In this document: piece by piece, positions 60,825 to 64,000 of the stretch
Position numbering within the stretch: position 1 is the first letter of the stretch
Layout: each line of letters opens with the position of its first letter
NCBI GenBank assembly: GCA_032718475.1
Contig: JAUCBJ010007105.1
Coordinates: 15,234-79,233, forward strand
Direction: 5' to 3'
DNA length: 64,000 bases
Source of the DNA: Nemertoderma westbladi
Taxonomy: Eukaryota > Animalia > Xenacoelomorpha
The notes under the pieces: generated by a model
Told to the model about the DNA's origin: nothing
Database searches by the model: none
What the model saw: the letters and a program-made list of their open reading frames with translations, nothing else
Made by a program: the position numbers and the translations under genes

Positions 60825-62735
60825 TCAAAGAAAACCCCCAACCTCCTGTAAATCCTCCCAGATACAGTAGATGATCGCCTTCCCGATGACGCGACGCAGG
60901 ACCTCACCAATACCTATCGGCCTGATGCCCGGGTTCTTATTGAGCGCCAGTAACCGGGCGTTCAGCAGCTTGGAGAGAGATTCGGGTGGAACAACGACCT
61001 GGGCGATCTGTTTCGCCCACTCCGCGATCTGGCTGGCCAACTCGGTCGACTGAGTCCTAAACTTCGTCAGCAGGTGTTTCCACCCCTGAACGTCGACGCC
61101 CGACGGCCCAGCAGCGTTCCCCTTCATCCGGAGTAGGCTAGACAGTATTACTTCTCCATCTATCCCCTCGAAGATGACGCCGTGATGTTCAGGGGCGCCA
61201 GGATACTCTGCTGGGTCGATGAGTATGGACTCATCCGCTGGTTGAGCTGGTGGATGTTTGTCACGTAAAACATCTCTCACCGTCTTCGTGACGCCGTCTT
61301 TGTCGAGAAACGACTCCCCCAACTTCATTGGCGCCCCACGATTAGCCGCACTCAGACACCGTGTGGCTGCTGAGATGTTGCCGCTCAACATGTGGCGGAC
61401 GAATGCCTTCTGTAGAGCGACGGTTTGGGAGGCGGTCTGTCGAGGTTTGGGGAGATGGTATTGTATCACCCGGGCCTCGACCATCAGTTCCTGGAACTGA
61501 CCTCCCTGCCAGCTCACCAGCCGTCGCTGTAAAACACGCCGATGTGTCGCCGTTGTTGAGTTGCGGCTGGGCTTCTGTTGGAGTAAAGCCGGCAGCAACA
61601 TCAACAACGTACCGGCGATGTCTCTCAGTGGATTGTCAGACACAGTTAGGGATATAAGACGGGACATCTCAGTCACTACCTGGCGACCCACCGCCCCCTG
61701 AGGCATCAAAAACAAATTCGATCGCCAGTGAACGATTTCATCGTATGTCTGGTTTATGGTGGAATAAAACTCAGACTTTGGGAATCGTTTCATCCCCCAA
61801 GTAACTTCGCCGGTCTGGGACGTTGCTGTCGATGACGTGGTGGTAGAGGGGCCCGAGGATGACGAGATGGGAGTGGGGCCAACGGAACCCGACGATGACG
61901 TGGTGGAGGTGGGGCCAACGGAACCCGACAATGACGTGGTGGTAGTGGGGCCCGAGGATGACGAGGTGGGAGTGGGGCCAACGGAACCCGATGATGACGT
62001 GGTGGGAGTGGGGCCAACGGAACCCGACGATGACGTGGTGGAAGTGGGGCCAACGGAACCCGACGATGACGTGGTGGGAGTGGGGCCAGCGGAACCCGAC
62101 GATGTTGTTGTGGGGCCAACGGAACCCGACGATGACGTGGTGGAAGCAGGGCCAGCGGAACCCGACGATGTGGTTGTGGGGCCAACGGATCCCGACGATG
62201 TTGTTGTTGGGCCAGCGGAACCCGACGATGTTGTTGTGGGGCCAGCGGATCCCGACGATGTTGTTGTTGGGCCAGCGGAACCCGACGATGTTGTTGTGGG
62301 GCCAGCGGTACCCGACGATGTTGTTGTGGAGCCAACGGAACCCGACGATGACGATCCTATAGTTTGTAACGAGAGGGGGAGACAATCCCGTGGGGTTGAG
62401 GGGACCAGAGTCACGTCCAAGTCTACCAGTGTTGTGTCGTCATCACTGGTAGTGTCGCTGGCTAATGCCGATAATCGCCCCCCATCCTGGGAATAGAAGA
62501 CGGGGGCCGAAACGTCGGGATTGTCACGCACTGGTAGCGGCTGCGACTGATGAAGCGCTCTGGTGTCAGACAATACCGGTGCAACCGGTATTTGTGTACC
62601 AGCTTGTCCCCTATTTCTACAATTATTTTTCCCCCCAGGGGCACAGTTTGTACATAACCTCCCCTGCCGTGCACAAACACACTTGGCGCATCGCCCCGTT
62701 GTCGCATTACAGCTGCAACAAGCCGATCCCGACAT
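60825..62735 (-). mobile_element. CRE-like non-LTR retrotransposon ORF, 3'-truncated within RT
   Basis: Cys-rich N-terminus, YDEIVHWRSNLF..P.GAVG, LQQKPS, LRDKHP, AAGPSGVD..GW, RLLALNKNPGIRPIGIGEVLRRVIGKA. Confidence 0.8.
61835..62350 (-). repeat. 30-36-bp coding repeat (GPTTTSSGSA/V)n
   Basis: About 15 gggccaacggaacccgacgatg units in frame with the CRE-like ORF. Confidence 0.9.
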
Positions 62736-62759
62736 GTCCTCTATCCTCTATATCCTCTA

Positions 62760-63740
62760 TATATATGTACTATATATGTACATATATAGTACATATATAG
62801 TACATATATAGTACATATATACACATATAGTACATATATAGTACATATATAGTACATATATACACATATAGTACATATATAGTACATATATAGTACATAT
62901 AGTACATATATAGTACATATATAGTACATATAGTACATATATACACATATAGTACATATATAGTACATATATAGTACATATATACACATATAGTACATAT
63001 ATAGTACATATATAGTACATATATAGTACATATATAGTACATATAGTACATATATACACATATAGTACATATATAGTACATATATAGTACATATATACAC
63101 ATATAGTACATATATAGTACATATATAGTACATATAGTACATATATAGTACATATATACACATATAGTACATATATAGTACATATATAGTACATATATAG
63201 TACATGTATAGTACATATAGTACATATATAGTACATATATACACATATAGTACATATATGGTACATATATAGTACATATATAGTACATATATAGTACATA
63301 TAGTACATATATACACATATAGTACATATATAGTACATATATACACATATAGTACATTACATATATAGTACATATATAGTACATATATAGTACATATAGT
63401 ACATATATACACATATAGTACATATATAGTACATATATAGTACATATATAGTACATATAGTACATATATACACATATAGTACATATATAGTACATATATA
63501 GTACATATATAGCACATATAGTACATATATAGCACATATAGTACATATAGTACATATATACACATATAGTACATATATACACATATAGTACATATATAGT
63601 ACATATATAGTACATATATAGTACACATATAGTACATATATAGTACATATATAGTACATATAGTACATATATACACATATAGTACATATGTAGTACATAT
63701 ATAGTACATATATACACATATAGTACATATATAGTACATA
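62760..63740. repeat. Satellite built from AGTACATATAT / AGTACATAT / ACACATAT units
   Basis: About 1 kb of 9-11-bp units. Confidence 0.95.
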
Positions 63741-64000
63741 CTACTACTACTACTAGGATCGGCATGCTGCATTGCAGCTGCATTTTTAAGAATGCTGTGC
63801 CGGCTTGTCAACAAAATTGCACCGCCACAACTCCCTATCACCCATGACATTTGCTAGATCATCCGCATCTTTAAGGCCAGTGTCCTTTAAGATGCGTCTC
63901 AAGAAAGTCATGGGCTGTCCACCATGCTTATTCACTCCATGAGGCTGCCAAAGTACAAGATTATGCACTGGCTGGTCCTCACGGCGAAAGCAATGTCCTG
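63741..64000 (-). mobile_element. 3' end of a second copy of the RTE-like LINE
   Basis: Matches 7975-8222 including the (TAG)n tail, except for 7 extra bases that the first copy lacks. Confidence 0.95.

Noticed and set aside
62741-63850. Long Tyr/Cys/Met/Ile-rich ORFs on the minus strand
   Set aside because: They arise because the satellite lacks stop codons on that strand; no coding signal.

Overview
An AT-rich eukaryotic window, probably from an invertebrate animal, made almost entirely of nested transposable elements. I cannot support any ordinary host gene. The centrepiece is a young 17.2-kb BEL/Pao LTR retrotransposon (22236-39454; ~2.3-kb LTRs with ~5 substitutions seen by eye; 5-bp TSD GTGTA). 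Its pol is split: gag-PR-RT-RNaseH stops after a (PDxS)n tail, then a 1.2-kb spacer rich in GNRA/UUCG hairpins precedes an integrase ORF with no AUG for ~220 codons. A 20-nt hairpin (GGAAGGCTTGCGAGCCTACC) recurs nine times across the element in all three reading frames, with a compensatory change. The element also has a tRNA-like A/B-box module in the LTR, no canonical PBS, and an extra 3' ORF. A second, slightly decayed BEL/Pao element (~51.4-60.6 kb) carries six kink-turn-like/UUCG modules in its leader, its own dispersed GNRA hairpin, and a uORF joined to gag by an ATGA overlap. Other content: a decayed tyrosine-recombinase + SET-domain (Crypton-like) element, intron-containing Helitron fragments, several LINEs (RTE nested in a CR1/L2-like element, a CRE-like element), hAT/pogo/Chapaev3/Sola-like transposase relics, palindromes and minisatellites. 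Family names come from motif recognition, not database searches, and RNA structures were paired by eye.
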